A DNA stretch of 64,000 nucleotides from Chromera velia (taxonomy: Eukaryota), in assembly GCA_018398765.1 (NCBI GenBank), contig JAHBMJ010000477.1:62001-126000 (forward strand), in the 5' to 3' direction. This document shows, piece after piece, positions 21,726-35,680 of this stretch (position 1 is its first letter; each line of letters opens with the position of its first letter). Under the pieces are notes generated by a model that had not been told where the DNA came from, did no database searches, and was given only the letters and a program-made list of their open reading frames with translations. A program made the position numbers and the translations under genes.

Positions 21726-24700
21726 CCTCTGTATGTTGCTGTGTGGGGGATGATGTCTTTTTCCTGCATGGCTCTTTTTCTCTTTGTCTGAGTGCTCACT
21801 TCATTCTTGCCTCGCACAAAAAAGCATGACAGAAAGCGATCAGAAAGCGTCTCAAGGGATGAATAAATTCATGAATCGATGAAGGCGTCCCGGAGTGGAT
21901 TGATTGATATGAACATACGGATATGGCAAGGTTCGGTTGATTCAACTTGGGACACAGGGGGACAAGGAGACAACAGTGAATGCTCTCCTTCTCTCAAGGG
22001 ATGCGAATGAATGTACTAAGAAACTACAATGTGATCGTGTATCACTTTCTTCCTTCCTTTTGTCCTGTCTTCCCCTGTTCAGGTGGCGGCAGGCCCAGAG
22101 CACTCTCTTGCTTTGACGATTTCCGGTGAGGTCTTCGCGTGGGGTCGGAACAAGGACTCACGCCTGGGGTTGGGGGACGAATTCGAGCAGAAAGAAAAGG
22201 TTGGGGGGGGGGNGGGGGGGGGGGGAGGGAGAAAAAGGAGGTTGGACCCTTAATTCACTTCTGCCGAGAGACTTGTCAGACCGCCCCCGCTCTCTTAGTA
22301 TCGCCGTTCTTGTTTTACTTGCTCCGGTAGTCTTCTTTTCTCTTAATTGATTTCTAGAGAGGGGGTTCCGTGTCTCACCCTCCATCTCGTCTCCTTGTTG
22401 CCTGCTTGCCTACTCCTGCTTCCGCCCGCCCCATTCCTTCCTTCCTTCGTCCTTCAGGTATTTGAGCCCGAACGAGTTGGGGGTCTCCCGGCGGTTGCGA
22501 AGGGGATTGCTGCAGGGGGGGCGCACTCTCTTTTGATCCTGTCAAAGAACAAACTGATGGCGGCAGGGAGCAACAGGTGGGTCTTCTCTGGGAAGAAGGG
22601 AGTTTGTTTGAGGACATGAGGAGGGATGGGATGGGTGCGGAAGGTGAGAGTTCTGGATCGAAGGGTGATGATGCAAAGTCAAGAGGTGTCAGGGTTGGAG
22701 CAAAAGCAGGAACTCTTGATTTCTTCTAGTAGTGTCTCTTTACCCTTTTTGCCTCTAGCAGTCGTCCCATTGCACGATCCTTGGTTTTTCGCTGTTTGCA
22801 CTATCTTTGATGTCGACATCAGTGGTGCACACGGGATGGGTGCGCCTTTTGTGTGAGTACCTCGTTTTTTGCGCACAGAGTTGACGGTTGGGAATGTAAT
22901 TGAATTTTGGACACCCGAATGGTATTTCAACTTCTCTATGGTTCTTTCTTTCTGTGTCTCTCTCAATGATCCTTCGATGGATCGATGCAGATTTGGACAA
23001 TTGGGAATTGGGAAACCCGGAGTGCCCCCCTTTGCTTCGAACTTCAGACAAGTGGCTTTTGAGAGGGGTGGAAAGGTGAGAGAGAGAAAGAAGGAAAAAG
23101 GGGGGTCTGAACACATGCACACGCAAAGACACAGAGAGACAGCTTCCAAAACAGAAGACGTCAGTTTGGTCCTTCTTTCTTCCCTTTTTTCTTCTTCTGG
23201 GTGAGACAGAAGGAAGGAAGAAGTCTGTGGGCACGTTTTAGCTCCTGCGCAGACACCAGTTGCTCTTCTCTCCATGCACGTACCGATTGAAGTTTTTCTG
23301 AATTAATCTGTCTCTGTCTCAGGTGCGTGTCGCGTCATGTGGCAGCAACCACTCGGTCGTCGTGACGGAGACGGGAGGGCTGATGGCATTCGGGAAGAAT
23401 GACCTCGGGCAACTGGGCACTGGATGGACATCGGAATCGGTCAGTCAGTCAGTCAGTCAGTTGAGTGCATGGTTGATGATATTTTTGGTTGATTCGGGGT
23501 GGCGGTCTGCCAGTCAGTCAGTCGTTGGGAGGGACGTAGAAAAAAACATTTTCGACACTTAGCCAGGCAGTCAGTCAGAGAGAGATGAGAGAAGGCAGAA
23601 AGATACGATCTGCCTGCGTGTCTGTGTATCACGTTCCCTGTGACCTTCCTTCTCTTTGTGCTCTTCCACATGCCTTCAGATTGGCTACCCGACCCCTGTG
23701 GCGATTTTCCCCCAGAGCGCCCCTCTGATCTTCTACTCCGTCTCTGCGGGGGGGGACCATTCTCTTGCTGCCGCTCTGGAGCTGGACATCCCGGAGCTCT
23801 CCAACTCCCCTCAGGCCGCTGCGGCCGCTGCCTCACGAATCCGCCTCAGCCCTCTGCCCACCCAGGTAGGTGAAGAAGGAACATCTCATGGCTCCATGAA
23901 GGAGGGAAATAGAGGGCTTGTCTACTTTGGGGGATTTCGCATAATCAACGATCCAGTGGACTGAAGTGAATGGTATACTGCTTCACTCCGCCGAATAGAA
24001 TGCAAAAGTGTTTTTAAGAAGCAGATCGATGCATCTGTGCAGCTGAAGAAAAATAGAGCAAATACTGCATGCCAACTACCACGACTGCAGGTGAACCCTC
24101 CATCTGACAAGGAGGACAAAGGCGCCCAGTCCCCCTTTGAGTCCGGGGGTTCCAAGAGCACCCGGAAGGCCCTAGCAGCTAGTGGGGGGGCCGGGGTGGG
24201 AGGAGGAGGGGGGGGAGGAGAGGACAGCAGTCGTCTCGTTTTCGGACTTCAGAGGATTCCCACAGGCGGAACCTTCACTCAACTGCAGGGAGGGATGATG
24301 AATGCGAACTTTCCCGTCTCTGCCTCAGCCGCTGCAGCAGCTGCTGCTGCACTTGCGACAGGAGCAGGAGGGGGTCGCAGTGGGGGGATAAAACTCGAGG
24401 AGGAGGCCCAAAAGGGAATAGTGAAGGAATTGACGAGACTGGAAACGTTAAATGATCGCCCGATGTCCTCATCGTCCTCAGCAGGTACAGGGGAAAGGGG
24501 GAGAAGCACAAGGAACGGATTGGGAGAATTAAGGACAGTGTGGCTGCAGGGAGGGAGGGAGGGAGGCCATGGGACACGACAATGGATGTTGTCTATCTGC
24601 CTTTTTTTTTCGTTTGCGAGAGTTTTATTTTCCGTTTCGCGCATGGTTGCTCTTCTCCTTTGTGACGAAAAAACACTCAGTCACTCTGAAGACCTCTACA

Positions 24701-26371
24701 TGCATGTGTGAATGCCATGCTCCACCGGATCGTCCACGATGTCTTCTTTTCTCAGGAGCTCTATCCGAGACAGTCAAGGTGAACGTGTAATTAATTCCGC
24801 GAATGAACCAATGAATGCATGTGCAGGCATTGGGGCAAGTTCGCGTCTTCCTGTTCCCAAAAGCTCTCCAGGAATCTTCTCAGGCTCATCGGGAGAATCT
24901 GCGTCACCCTCTCCAGGGACGGGGGGGGACTCTGACGCTGGGGTGGTGGCAGTTCCGTTAGATCGGAAGGGTTCCTGTTCCCTCCCGCTCTGTTTGAAGC
25001 CCCCCCCTGCGATGCTGCCGTTCGTTCAGGTCAGACTGGGAAATAGATTGGGCCTGTCTATCCGTCTGTTTGACTGCCTCTGCACGTTGCCTGAAGTCCA
25101 ATGAGACGTCGAATTCCAGTCTTTCGTTCCCTCAATCATTGTGCTCATAGCGTCGGTCTTCTCTAATCCGCAGCTGTCGCTTTCATGAGCTTTCTTCTGT
25201 CCTCATGTCGTCTCCCATTGGATGGATCTTTGTTAGTCATTGATTAATGTGTAAAATCACGCGACATGCCTAGATGCCTGCAGGGCATAGGTACCGACGA
25301 GGTGCTGTCTCTGTTGGAGTCCCAACAGAGGGAGAAGGAAGGACTGGGCACGATCGCAGGACCCCACACGATGAGACACCGTCTCTCGCAGGTCAGTCAG
25401 CAAGTAAAGGATAGAAATTGGGACTGGAATCCACAAAACTGTGTCCCTCTATGCGAAGCTGCATGTGACTCGAATTCTTTTTCTGTCGCGCCCAGGTTTC
25501 GATTCGTTCATGTGCGTACAAGAGTATCAAAACGATTTTCTCCCTCCCTCTCCCTGCAGGTTTTCGAGTCTCCCCTGGTTCTCAACGCCTCTTTCCTCTT
25601 CCCAGGCCGGCAGGCTGTTTTGGACTCTGAAGGGATTGAGGCATTCTACCGGAAGGTCTTGTCGGCCTCCGACGCAGCAGAGACTGCGGGGGTCCTTCTG
25701 TCCTCGTCCTTGCGGTGTCTGGAGACGGCAGCGGAGGGAGTGAGGAGTCTTCGTGCAGTGGATCAAATCAGGTCCGGGGGGGAATCTGGTTGACAGATAG
25801 ACAGCCAGCAAAACAGACATGATGACAGAAAAAACAGATGGCAGTGAATAAATATTACTGGAAGAGAAAGAGGACAGACGAAGTAATTTTCTTTTCGTGC
25901 AATTGACTCAATGAAGCTTGTACCTTCTCCGTAGACGAAAAAATGGAGTCTGCTTTTTCTGCGCCGAAAAAGACGACTGTGGAAGCTGGGCGGTACCTCC
26001 GGTATGGAGTGGGTGCATAGACGGAGTGCTTTACATCTCTTTTATTGTAAAAGATCAAAAGTCTCTCTCTTTTCCCTTCGCTTTGTCCTCGTCTCCTGTT
26101 TTTCTGGTTTCAGGTTTTTGATTGTCATTTTGTTGTGTCCACTTTTGGGGTCGGACAATAGCCAGTCGACCGCTGTGATGACCTCCCTTGCAAAGCTGAC
26201 CTTCGTTCTGACAGAGGCGGGGAAGAGAGCATTCTGCAAGGTCAGAGGGGGAGTACATTCAGCAAGAAGGGCGGCTGCAGAGCTGAGCTGTCTAGGGAGG
26301 GAATTGTTTGCTGCTCCGTGCACTTCTCTTGGAGGGGGGTTTGACTGCACGATGGTTTCCTTCGTGGAAGA

Positions 26372-26409
<38 letters not shown>

Positions 26410-27657
26410 TGTGTGTGTCTCTCGTGTCACCATGTGCATCAGAGAGATATGCGAGTCGACTTCTTGTTTGACTGTGGACAATTTCGTCATCGCCGGTTCT
26501 CTCGCGTGCAGGTGATTTGCCACGACGTACCTCCCTCTCTCTTCGGTGCCCGTCTTGTCAAGCACGCGCGGGAATTCTGCAATCGTCAGATCTTGAAGAG
26601 GGGGGAACGATACAGAGAGGCCGTCTCTTTCTGGTAGGCATGTGGTGTGGGCCGTCTCTTTCTGCTTTGATCGTGTTCACTGACTGTTTGTTCTTCATGA
26701 CAGAGCGCGTCTACATCTGTTTGCCGCGCGCCTCCGCCCCGTATCGTTTTTTCTCTCTCTTCATCTTTCGAATTCCCCTGTTCTTTATGCTGCGTAATTC
26801 CACGAATTTTGATTTCTGCAACTTCCCCCTTTCCTCTTTCTTCCTTGTGCCTTCAGGCACGGCATCGGCCTCCTTCAACTGCTCTGGCAGGCCAACGAGC
26901 AGACGGCAGGGAGAACGAAAGTCGACGAGGGCGGCAGGAAGGCAGACCCAGCGGTGCCGTTGGAGAATTTCTCTCTTCAATCGGCCTCTGCACTCAGCCC
27001 CGTGCAGGTCCGTCCGTCCGTCCGTCGAGCTGCACACCATCGCACACTGGGATTAGTGTGCTGCACGGCTTCGCGCCTATCTGCATATGTGTCTGGAATA
27101 GAAACGGAAGAAGGCATAGTGAGCACGCATCGAGAACAAGTAACCTTTTGCTGTGGTCTGTGCACTCTCTTTTCCGCTTTCTGTCTCGTCTCTCTGTGTT
27201 TCCTCCTTCTTCTGTCTCTTTCCAGGAAGTGCAATCCTACCATCAGTTGGTCGTGAGGAAATTTGGGGGGGCCTGTCCTCCTAGGGGGAAACTCCAATCG
27301 GAACTTTTTGATGTCATGAAGGAACACACGGTCTGTCTGAAGGATTTCTTCCTGCTGCTGCTTGTTCAGAGGAAGTCAAAAGCCGTGAACTCCGACGTTT
27401 GTAAACTATCTCTGGGGGAGTTTTTGCCTCTCTCCTGTTTCACACTACTTTCTTCTCTCTGTGAGTTTGATTCGCGTGTATTGCGTTCGATACGCCTCGT
27501 ACCAGTTTCTTCCCCCCTTGAAGGAACACTGCGACGGACCTTCTGTCCTTTGAGGCAGGACTCACCTTACCTTTCCCGGTAAAGGTCAAAGAGGGAGCGC
27601 ATCTCCTCCATCCTCACCCTTGCTCTCTCTCCTCTGTTTCCAGCGGGTCCTTTCTGG

Positions 27658-27700
<43 letters not shown>

Positions 27701-30700
27701 TGTATTGATTTGTGGGGGATTGGTGAAGGGACCGATGCGTGCGTCACTCACTTACCTTCCTTCTGCCTTCTGCAGACTCCCCCTCCAGAAATGACGTTTC
27801 TCCTCGCCCACATCAATCTCTGTCCTTTGGCATTCAAGAGAAATGTCGGTCAAACATATCTTGTGCTGGCCACATTGATGTACACGCGCGCGCGCACACT
27901 CGAAGACAGACACACACGCATGCATGCACATTATCTGTTTTTCTCTCTTCCCTCTCGAATCTAGGTAAAATGAGAGCAGTAAGTCACTGTGTCCGTCAGC
28001 CAGCCGAGCTGTTCGATTGTACGAAGAAGAGAGGGAGGAAGGGAGGAGAAGCAAGACAGACGCAATTACACTGACTACCGGTCCGTCCATCGATCCGTCT
28101 GTTGCATGGTTCCTCCCCCGGCTTGCAAGATGCCGCTTGACCGACGGCCTTCTGATTCTTTCGGAAATGAGTGGAGCACAGACAGAGTGAGGAAAACGAA
28201 AAATGATGGGGTCCACGCCGCCTATTCGTACTTCGTTCAAGCTGGAGAAAGATTGAGCTTTTTTGCCTGTCTGGCTGCTTGTTCGTTTGTCTGCAGTGCT
28301 TCATGGTGGAGATCAAAGTGAGCATGCAGCAGGGAATGCTGGAGGCCATCACGAGCATGACGATTCCCTTCTTTGTCTTGGTCAGTCAGACAGTCGATCT
28401 AACGACGAGTGCATGATGAAGGCGATCTGATCTCTCTTGTGTGAGCCGGATTCTCTTTCTCTCTGTCTTTCGTTGTGGGTACGTCGAGGTGGATCGATCG
28501 TGTCCTATGCATGACATTCATGTGCACTGACTGTGTCTGGATGCCAGCTAGCGGTCTTCTTTTTCTCTGCTGGGTAGAGGATTTGCCGATCTTGCTCGTT
28601 TGCACTCCTTTGAATTCTATCATTCGACAAAACGCGATTCCACAATCGGTTTTGCTGATTGATCCTTTGTCTGCTCCTCTTTCTCTGTGTGAAGCAAAAT
28701 TTCTTCCAGTCTTTTGATGAAACTGTGAATCCCCCCTCTCTTTCCCTACAACCCTCTCTTTCTGATTATCTCCTTTCGCATTGTCGCAGAGCGTCCGACG
28801 GGACCGTCTCCTTCATGGTCAGTCAGTCAGTCAGTCAGTCAGTCAGTGAGTCAGTCAGTCAGTCAGTCAGTCAGTGAGTCAGTGAGTCAGTGAGTCAGTC
28901 AGTGAGTCAGCGAGTCAGCCAGTCAGTGAGTCAGTCAGTCAGTCAGTCAGTGAGTCAGTCAGTCAGTCAGTGAGTCAGTCAGTGAGTCAGTCAGTGAGTC
29001 AGTCAGTCAGTCAGTCAGTCCAGTCAGTCAGTCAGTCAGTCAGTCAGTCAGTCAGTCAGTCAGTCTTCGGGAAGCGGTTGCAGTTCAGTCAGTAACCTTC
29101 ACGAAGGCAAATAGAATAGACAGTTGAAAGGACGAGGACGTGACTTCACGCGTACAGGTTCCATCCATCATGTGAATTCTCTCTCGCTCAGACTGTAGGA
29201 AGCAGTGCTGTCAAATCGATTAGTCGGTTGGTTTCACTCTCGTGTGTTCTCGCATTGCTGTCCCTCACTTCAGTTTGCTGCCCTCTTGGACCCGCTTTCC
29301 TCCGTGTGAATCGCCTGCAAAGGATGAACATTTGCCCTGCCTGCCCCAAGCGCTTGCCTAGATGTGTGTCTCAATGAATCTATGGGCCTCTTGCTTCAAG
29401 CCAATTGACACACGCAAATTTTGATCTGCGTCATTTGTCATTTGCCTGTCAAGACATTGTCATTTGTCATTTGATCTGCGTCACTTGTCGACGCGTGCGT
29501 CATTTGTCTGCATGTGCAGACACGATGGGCCTCCTGCTTCAAGCCAAACCTCTCGAATTGGTCAGCAGCCAGGGAGTGTGTCTGTCTGTCTAATTGTTAG
29601 TGATACATGCGCTCGGATAGGTCTGTACGCTCGTATGCTTCGGGACAGCTGGACTGAGAGCCCTTTGCGTGTGTTTGCGTCACTCTCAGTTTCTTTCTCT
29701 TCCGATACTTCTTTCTTGATGCCGAGTCATGCACTTTTGCGCTCCCCCACGCATTCTGTGTGATTTTCCTCATTCCGTCAGTTTGATAAGTTTTCTCCAT
29801 CTCTTTTTTGTTTTTCTCTCTGTTCTCTCAGAGACGCCCTCTGAAAGTGAAATTTGAGGGTGAAGAAGGCATCGACGAGGGTGGAGTGAAGAGGGAATTC
29901 TTCTCGGTAAGTAAGGGCATGAGGGTCGGGGTAAAATTGTGTGTGTGTGTNGGGGGGGGGGGGGGTGTACAATGCGAAGCTGGTGGGAATTTGTGTTCGG
30001 TTGTGCTTTTGCTTTGCACTTTTCCTCCGTATTTTGTTTTCTTTTGCAGCATCCGACACCTTGCTTCTTCCCTTCGCTTCTCTGGACTCCATCCCCCTCC
30101 TCCTGCGTGGCTATGGTTCGTGGTGTGTGAAAGCGAGGTGCTCTAGAGGGTGCGGGTCCATCAGATGACTTCCCTCCCTTCATACGGACGCATGCATGAA
30201 AATAGTATACTCGCATGTTTTCTGTGAGCATGTGTTGAATGCAGATTTTGATTCGAGAGCTGCTGAATCCTAATTTTGGCATGTTTTCCTACAATGAAGA
30301 CAGTGAGTCAATCCATTTTTGCCACAGTCAAGGACGCAACGATGATAGCGTCGGTCCTCCTTTCCAACCCCACTGATTTATTTTCGTTTCGCGTTTCCGA
30401 AACGAAACGCTTCCAGCACGCACAGACTTCCGTGAGCCCCCCTTCTTTCTCTTCTCTGATTGTGTGGGCAGATTCTTCTGCGATGCGATGCGATCAGTGT
30501 CGCCGTGAGTTCCCTACTTTTCTGTTGGTCTGTTGCATGTATGTTTTGTTTCCTCTTGCAATCCTGTGTGCAGCCCGTATCCACTGGTTCAACGGGAACT
30601 CTCTTGAAACGAAAAGAGAATTCGTTCTGGTCGGGGCACTGCTTGGTTTGGCTATCTACAACGGTTAGTCAGTTGGTTGGTCGGTCGGTTGGCAGCTATA

Positions 30701-33700
30701 CACCTCCATTGTTTTGTTAGATGTCATCAAAAAGACGTGATCCCGACAAGTGAGATCACTTTGAACAGTCATGCTTCAAATATTCGGAGGAGTGCCGAGG
30801 ATTCAGCAGTAGAGCGTGTTTTGGCCAGTACTTGTCTTCAATTAGCAGTCTCTCTTGCTGCGTGAACTCACGGATGATGTGTTGTTGCGTGCGTCACACT
30901 CGTGTTCTTTCTTGTTCCTCCTTCCTGGCTTCCTTCTGTCCTGCAGATGTGTTGCTGGAGCTCTCGTTTCCCCAGGCAGTCTACAAGAAGCTTCAGGGTG
31001 AAGCCCTCGGTCGGTCGGTCGGTCGGTCGGGAGGCAAACTGAGAAAGTGCGCGCAAAATAATTAATTGTGTTTGTTGTCTGCATGTGGATTTGGATTTAC
31101 AGTCAGGGGATGGTTGTGCTTGGTGGTGCTGTTGCTGGGTTGGTACAGCTGTGTTTGAATGCACAAGGCGTTTTGCCGAACCGATTGTTCTGGAGTAACT
31201 GCCTCATGATATTCTTGTTTATTTGTCTGATGCCCAATCCATCCCCCTTCCTCTTCTCTCTCACTCTTCGGCGAGGTCGACTTTGTGTGCTCGGTGTCCG
31301 CTTTTCTTTTCTTGTTTGCACGTGCACCAATTCGTGGATCCAACCGGCACGCTCGTCTCTACATATCCCTGTCGAGTTGTTTCTGCTCTCTCTAGAGTGC
31401 CCTGACGAAGGCGAACACATGCAAACAAGCAACTCCATTTGTACATCTATCTGCCTACCTGAATGTGACGGTCGATGCAGATTTGTCAGACCTCGCACTG
31501 GTGTTCCCCGAAGAGAGCAGATCGTTCCAGTCTCTCCTCCAGCAGCCTCAGGGAGAAGAATTTGACGCCGCATTCGGAGAAATGACTTTTGAAGGTCAGA
31601 CCGACAGACAGACAGACAGACAGAAAAACAGACAGACAGACAGACAGACAGACACAGACACAGACACAGACACACACACACACACACACAGAAAAACAGA
31701 CAAACAGACACAGACAGACAGACAGACGACTGGACACCTGGAATGCTTGGCTTACACTGTAAATCCGCGCATTTTAGGATGGTCTGAGCGTCTTTTGACT
31801 TTCGCGCTTGAATTCCTTCAATTGTATGATTCGGTCTGTCTCTCTCGACAGGTGCCCATCAGTGGCTGCCCCCAGATCCGAACCCATTTACTTTCTTGGC
31901 AGCGGTTTGCAGAAGGTCCTCGGTTTCGTTCTTTTGAAACATGTATTCTTTGAACCGTTTCCTTTCCATTCCGCTCCCTTCCCTCTGTCTGTCTGTCAGT
32001 CGACTATGAGTTCTATGGGGAGAGGAGAAGTCAGGAGCTGTGCCCGGGAGGGGCAGAGAGGAAATTGACCTGGGAGAGTAGACAGGTTGGTGGGGGGTGG
32101 GGGTGGGGATGAATCTGCATTGGGCTTCTCCAGCACTTTTTCTTGTCTTTTTTGCCTGTGTGTTTCTGTCCGTCCTCTCCGTCTCCCTTCTTTGGACATA
32201 CGTGCCTTCTACGCTCTGTGAGGGTTTTCGTTCCTGTTTTGCGTTTCCGTAGGGGTGTGTTCTTGTCTGCTTGTCTGCCTGTCCCTTTCTCTCTCCTCCT
32301 CTTTCCCCTCTGTGTGTGAGAGAGAGGAAAAGAGAAAAAATGAGTGAAGACACAGAATCAGAGAGCTGCTTTTTGTGCATCCATCCGCCTTGTGTGGGCC
32401 CCTCATGGTTTTCTTCTGTTGTGTTGGTGGTCCCTTTGTCTCTACGAGGGCACATCTGCACAGGATGAGTGGAGGTCAGCACTTTCTGTCTTCTTCCTTG
32501 TTCTACCTGTTCTGTGCACATGTATGCATGCATGCAGGAGTACGTTCGTCTGTACACAAAATGGCTGTTGGAGGACAGCGTGAAGGATCAGTTTGAGCCT
32601 TTCAAGGAAGGGTTCTTGAGGATCTGCGGGGCTCCCATGCTCCCCCTCTTCTCGGCAGAGGAATTGCAGCTGCTCGTGTGCGGAGAACCGCAAGTCGATT
32701 TTAAAGAACTTCGGAAGGGCGCGCAGTCAGTTCGAGGGTTTTCTTTCAGTTTAGACACATCTTTCAATGTCTTTATGCTCATCTGAACAGCTTTCTGTAA
32801 ACAGAGAGGATCTGCGTGCGACGTCTTTCATCCATCTGTCGGTACACTGTATGAGAAATGTATTGTTTTATCTGAGGGGCCAGAGAAGGTCTGTTGTAGG
32901 TGTCTCTACGATTGTCTACTCGTTGTTGGCTTGCTCGCATGGACAGATTGGTTTCTTTGAGTTCGCTTTCTGATCACGGGCTTTTCTCATCAAGAGGGCA
33001 ATAAATCCTCCTTCCTCCTGGGTCTTCTTCGATGCCTCCAATTTTCGTTCGACAGATCCTCGTTGAAAGTTTTCACGTTTTCTTGATCAAAAGATGGGTT
33101 TTCTTGTTGTTTGACTGATACCGCTTTTGCTCTATGCTCAGTCGATGCTATTTGAAAATGAGCAAAAAAGGAATCAACGGGGTGGGTTCTCTTTTTGGAA
33201 CCTATCCATGAAATGTACGTGTAATTATTCCTCGATCTGTGTGTCATGAATGTATGAATGAATGAATGTATGAATGAATGAATGTATGTATGCATGAATG
33301 AATGAATGCATAACCATGCAGGTATGAAGGAGGCTACTCAGAGACACACCCTTTCATTTTGGGATTTTGGGATACCCTGGAGGGCTTCTCTCTTGAACAA
33401 AAACTCCGATTTCTCCATTTCTGTACGGGTAAGGGGACAAGCCGTGTCTCTATCTTTCTTCTTTCTTTCGCTCTCCCTTTCTCTTGACCGCCCTTCTTGT
33501 GTGCATTTTCCCTTTTCCCTTTTTCCCCACGTCCTGCCAACCCTCTCGACGATCTCGTTCATATGTGCCTTCGATCTTCTTTTCAGGATCGAGTCGTGTG
33601 CCTGTAGGAGGGCTGAAGGAATTGAACCTGAAGATCCAACGGAACGGTCCCGATACGGACAGGCTTCCCACCGCCTACACTTGTTTCAACGCGCTCCTGC

Positions 33701-33783
33701 TGCCAGAATACTCGACGAAGGAGAAGATGAAGACTGTGCTGCTGAGGGCCATCGAGGAAGCCGAGGGATTCGGTATGCAATGA
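19372..33783 (+). CDS. HERC-like E3 ubiquitin ligase (RCC1 repeats + C-terminal HECT), multi-exon
   Basis: RCC1 exons include [55 protein letters not shown] and [25 protein letters not shown] exons include [22 protein letters not shown] (~29832), LLGLAIYN (~30650), [12 protein letters not shown] (~32650), FWDTL..FLHFCT (~33360) and [14 protein letters not shown] (to 33783). More than 20 introns. Confidence 0.93.
21287..21480. repeat. intronic compound (CTT)n/(CTTCTG)n microsatellite
   Basis: Direct reading; lies just upstream of the acceptor CAG at ~21493. Confidence 0.9.
28818..29065. repeat. (GTCA/GTGA)n microsatellite starting at a splice donor
   Basis: Immediately follows the micro-exon SVRRDRLLH (~28789-28817). 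Confidence 0.9.
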
Positions 33784-35680
33784 AAGAAAGAAAATCGACG
33801 CACGCAGTGCCAAGCATGAAAACAGAAGGAAAAGTCAAAAGGAGTCGGACATCCACATTTAAATCAGAACCCCAGTTAGTTAGATCGAGAGACCAGACTT
33901 TGAAAATATGACGAGTGACACAAGGGGGGAACAAAAACAGGGAAAGGAAGATGGGGGGGAAAGGAGAAAAGGGTTGAAAGAGAACGCGGTTCAGGGTTTC
34001 AGGGGGGCAAGTAGAAGGTCTGCAGGGGGATGTGAGCAGAGAAATTTTATGCCGTGAAGTCCTCACACAATCATTGAATCACTTCACATCAGATCACGCT
34101 TATTTGGAAAAAGTCTGCTTAGTAGGACGGCCATCTTTCTGGGTGTCTAGACTGTTCCATTCCTCTTCTTCTTTTCTTCTCATAGAATGAGCCTCACCGT
34201 GTCTGATTTGGTGTCGCTTTCCGTTGTCTCATCCTTGCGCCAAGTCATTGCGCAAGTGATGAAGAACCACTTTAGTCGGGGGATGCTGTGTCATATGGAG
34301 GAAACACGTACTGCAAAGAAGGTTCAAAGACAAAGGAAAACAGAAAAAGTCATGGAAGCATCGATATTCAAGTCACGAATCAAGTGAAGTGAGAAACACA
34401 AATCTGAAGCTTGGAAGAAGATCAAAAGAACTAGTAAAGAGTTGAAAGCGACTAGCAATTGGGGACCTGGTTGAGGACAAACATGCAGTGACGAATAGTG
34501 ACGAACACAATATTGTCATAAATACATGGGCACCTGAAATTATCTGATGTTAAACAGCTAGCAGCTTAGGTTGATACTATTCTACTAGTTAGCATACTAG
34601 CTTGAAGGATTATAAAAACCAGCCTACTAGTAAAAGGATTTTGATTTGTTTAATTATCAATTTAATTTGATCATATGCAGATAAAAAGTAGGTAAAAACT
34701 AGAGTATCACTGGCAAAACATCATAATACATCATACATATATCTTAGCATATATCCTACATGCATAAAAATATTTATTTAACTAAAATTCTGGTTTTTGA
34801 AACTATATAGGCTAAAGCCACGAAGTTTATAGTTTTATAGGACAAAACTATTATAGTAGGATTTATTTAAAAATATATATTTGAGTAAAATTTAGCTAAA
34901 ACCGTAGCTATATAGGCTAAAATTGCATGTTATCACAATTATATCATTGATTTATATATACTTCATTACAGTCACGGTGCTTAATCATACTTCATCTAAT
35001 TACTAGCAGACTCATATAGTATACACTATTGACTAAACTATTCATACAGTGGGTTAATGATGGCTAATTATTCAAAAAAGTTATAAAAAGTTTATGACTT
35101 TGGTCACTTTGCAATTAATGCCTATGCATACCAATTTTAGGTTAAGTTTCGGGATATGTCATACTTTTTAACTACTGTGAAAAGCCAGTGAGCCACTGCA
35201 TGATTTAAGTCTGATTCTGAGACATACTGTATGCCACTGCAACTGATTAAAAAAATATGTACACAAGTTACGTAACACAACAACTTGAGTCATTAGACTG
35301 TTCTCATTTTGCCTTCAATGTGAAGGCTGATTCACTACTAAGTTGATTCACAACAAGAATGTGAACAAATAAAAGACTGCAGACGGTTGTTGTTTTTTGA
35401 AACTCACTAAGACTGACATCTCCATGTTCTCAACTGGCAGTGTCAGGCAGTGCTGTAGGGGAGTTAAGGCGACCTGGATGCCCAAGAACAAATGAAGGTC
35501 GGGAAAGAAGAATACACACTTCATTTCACCATATATTTCTTCCACTTTCCCCCTCTCAGAGCAGCATTGATTTTTGAATCGCTGTTCTTTTCTGCTTCCA
35601 AAACATTTCTTCCCACCCTCTCTTGGACCCGTTTCCTTTGCTTGCCGCCCTCAGTTGGGTGCGAACGAAGCACTTAACGC

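Noticed and set aside
21221..21829. Poly-Ser, poly-Leu and poly-Phe ORFs
   Set aside because: Intronic microsatellites; only the short RCC1 exon at ~21494-21608 is coding
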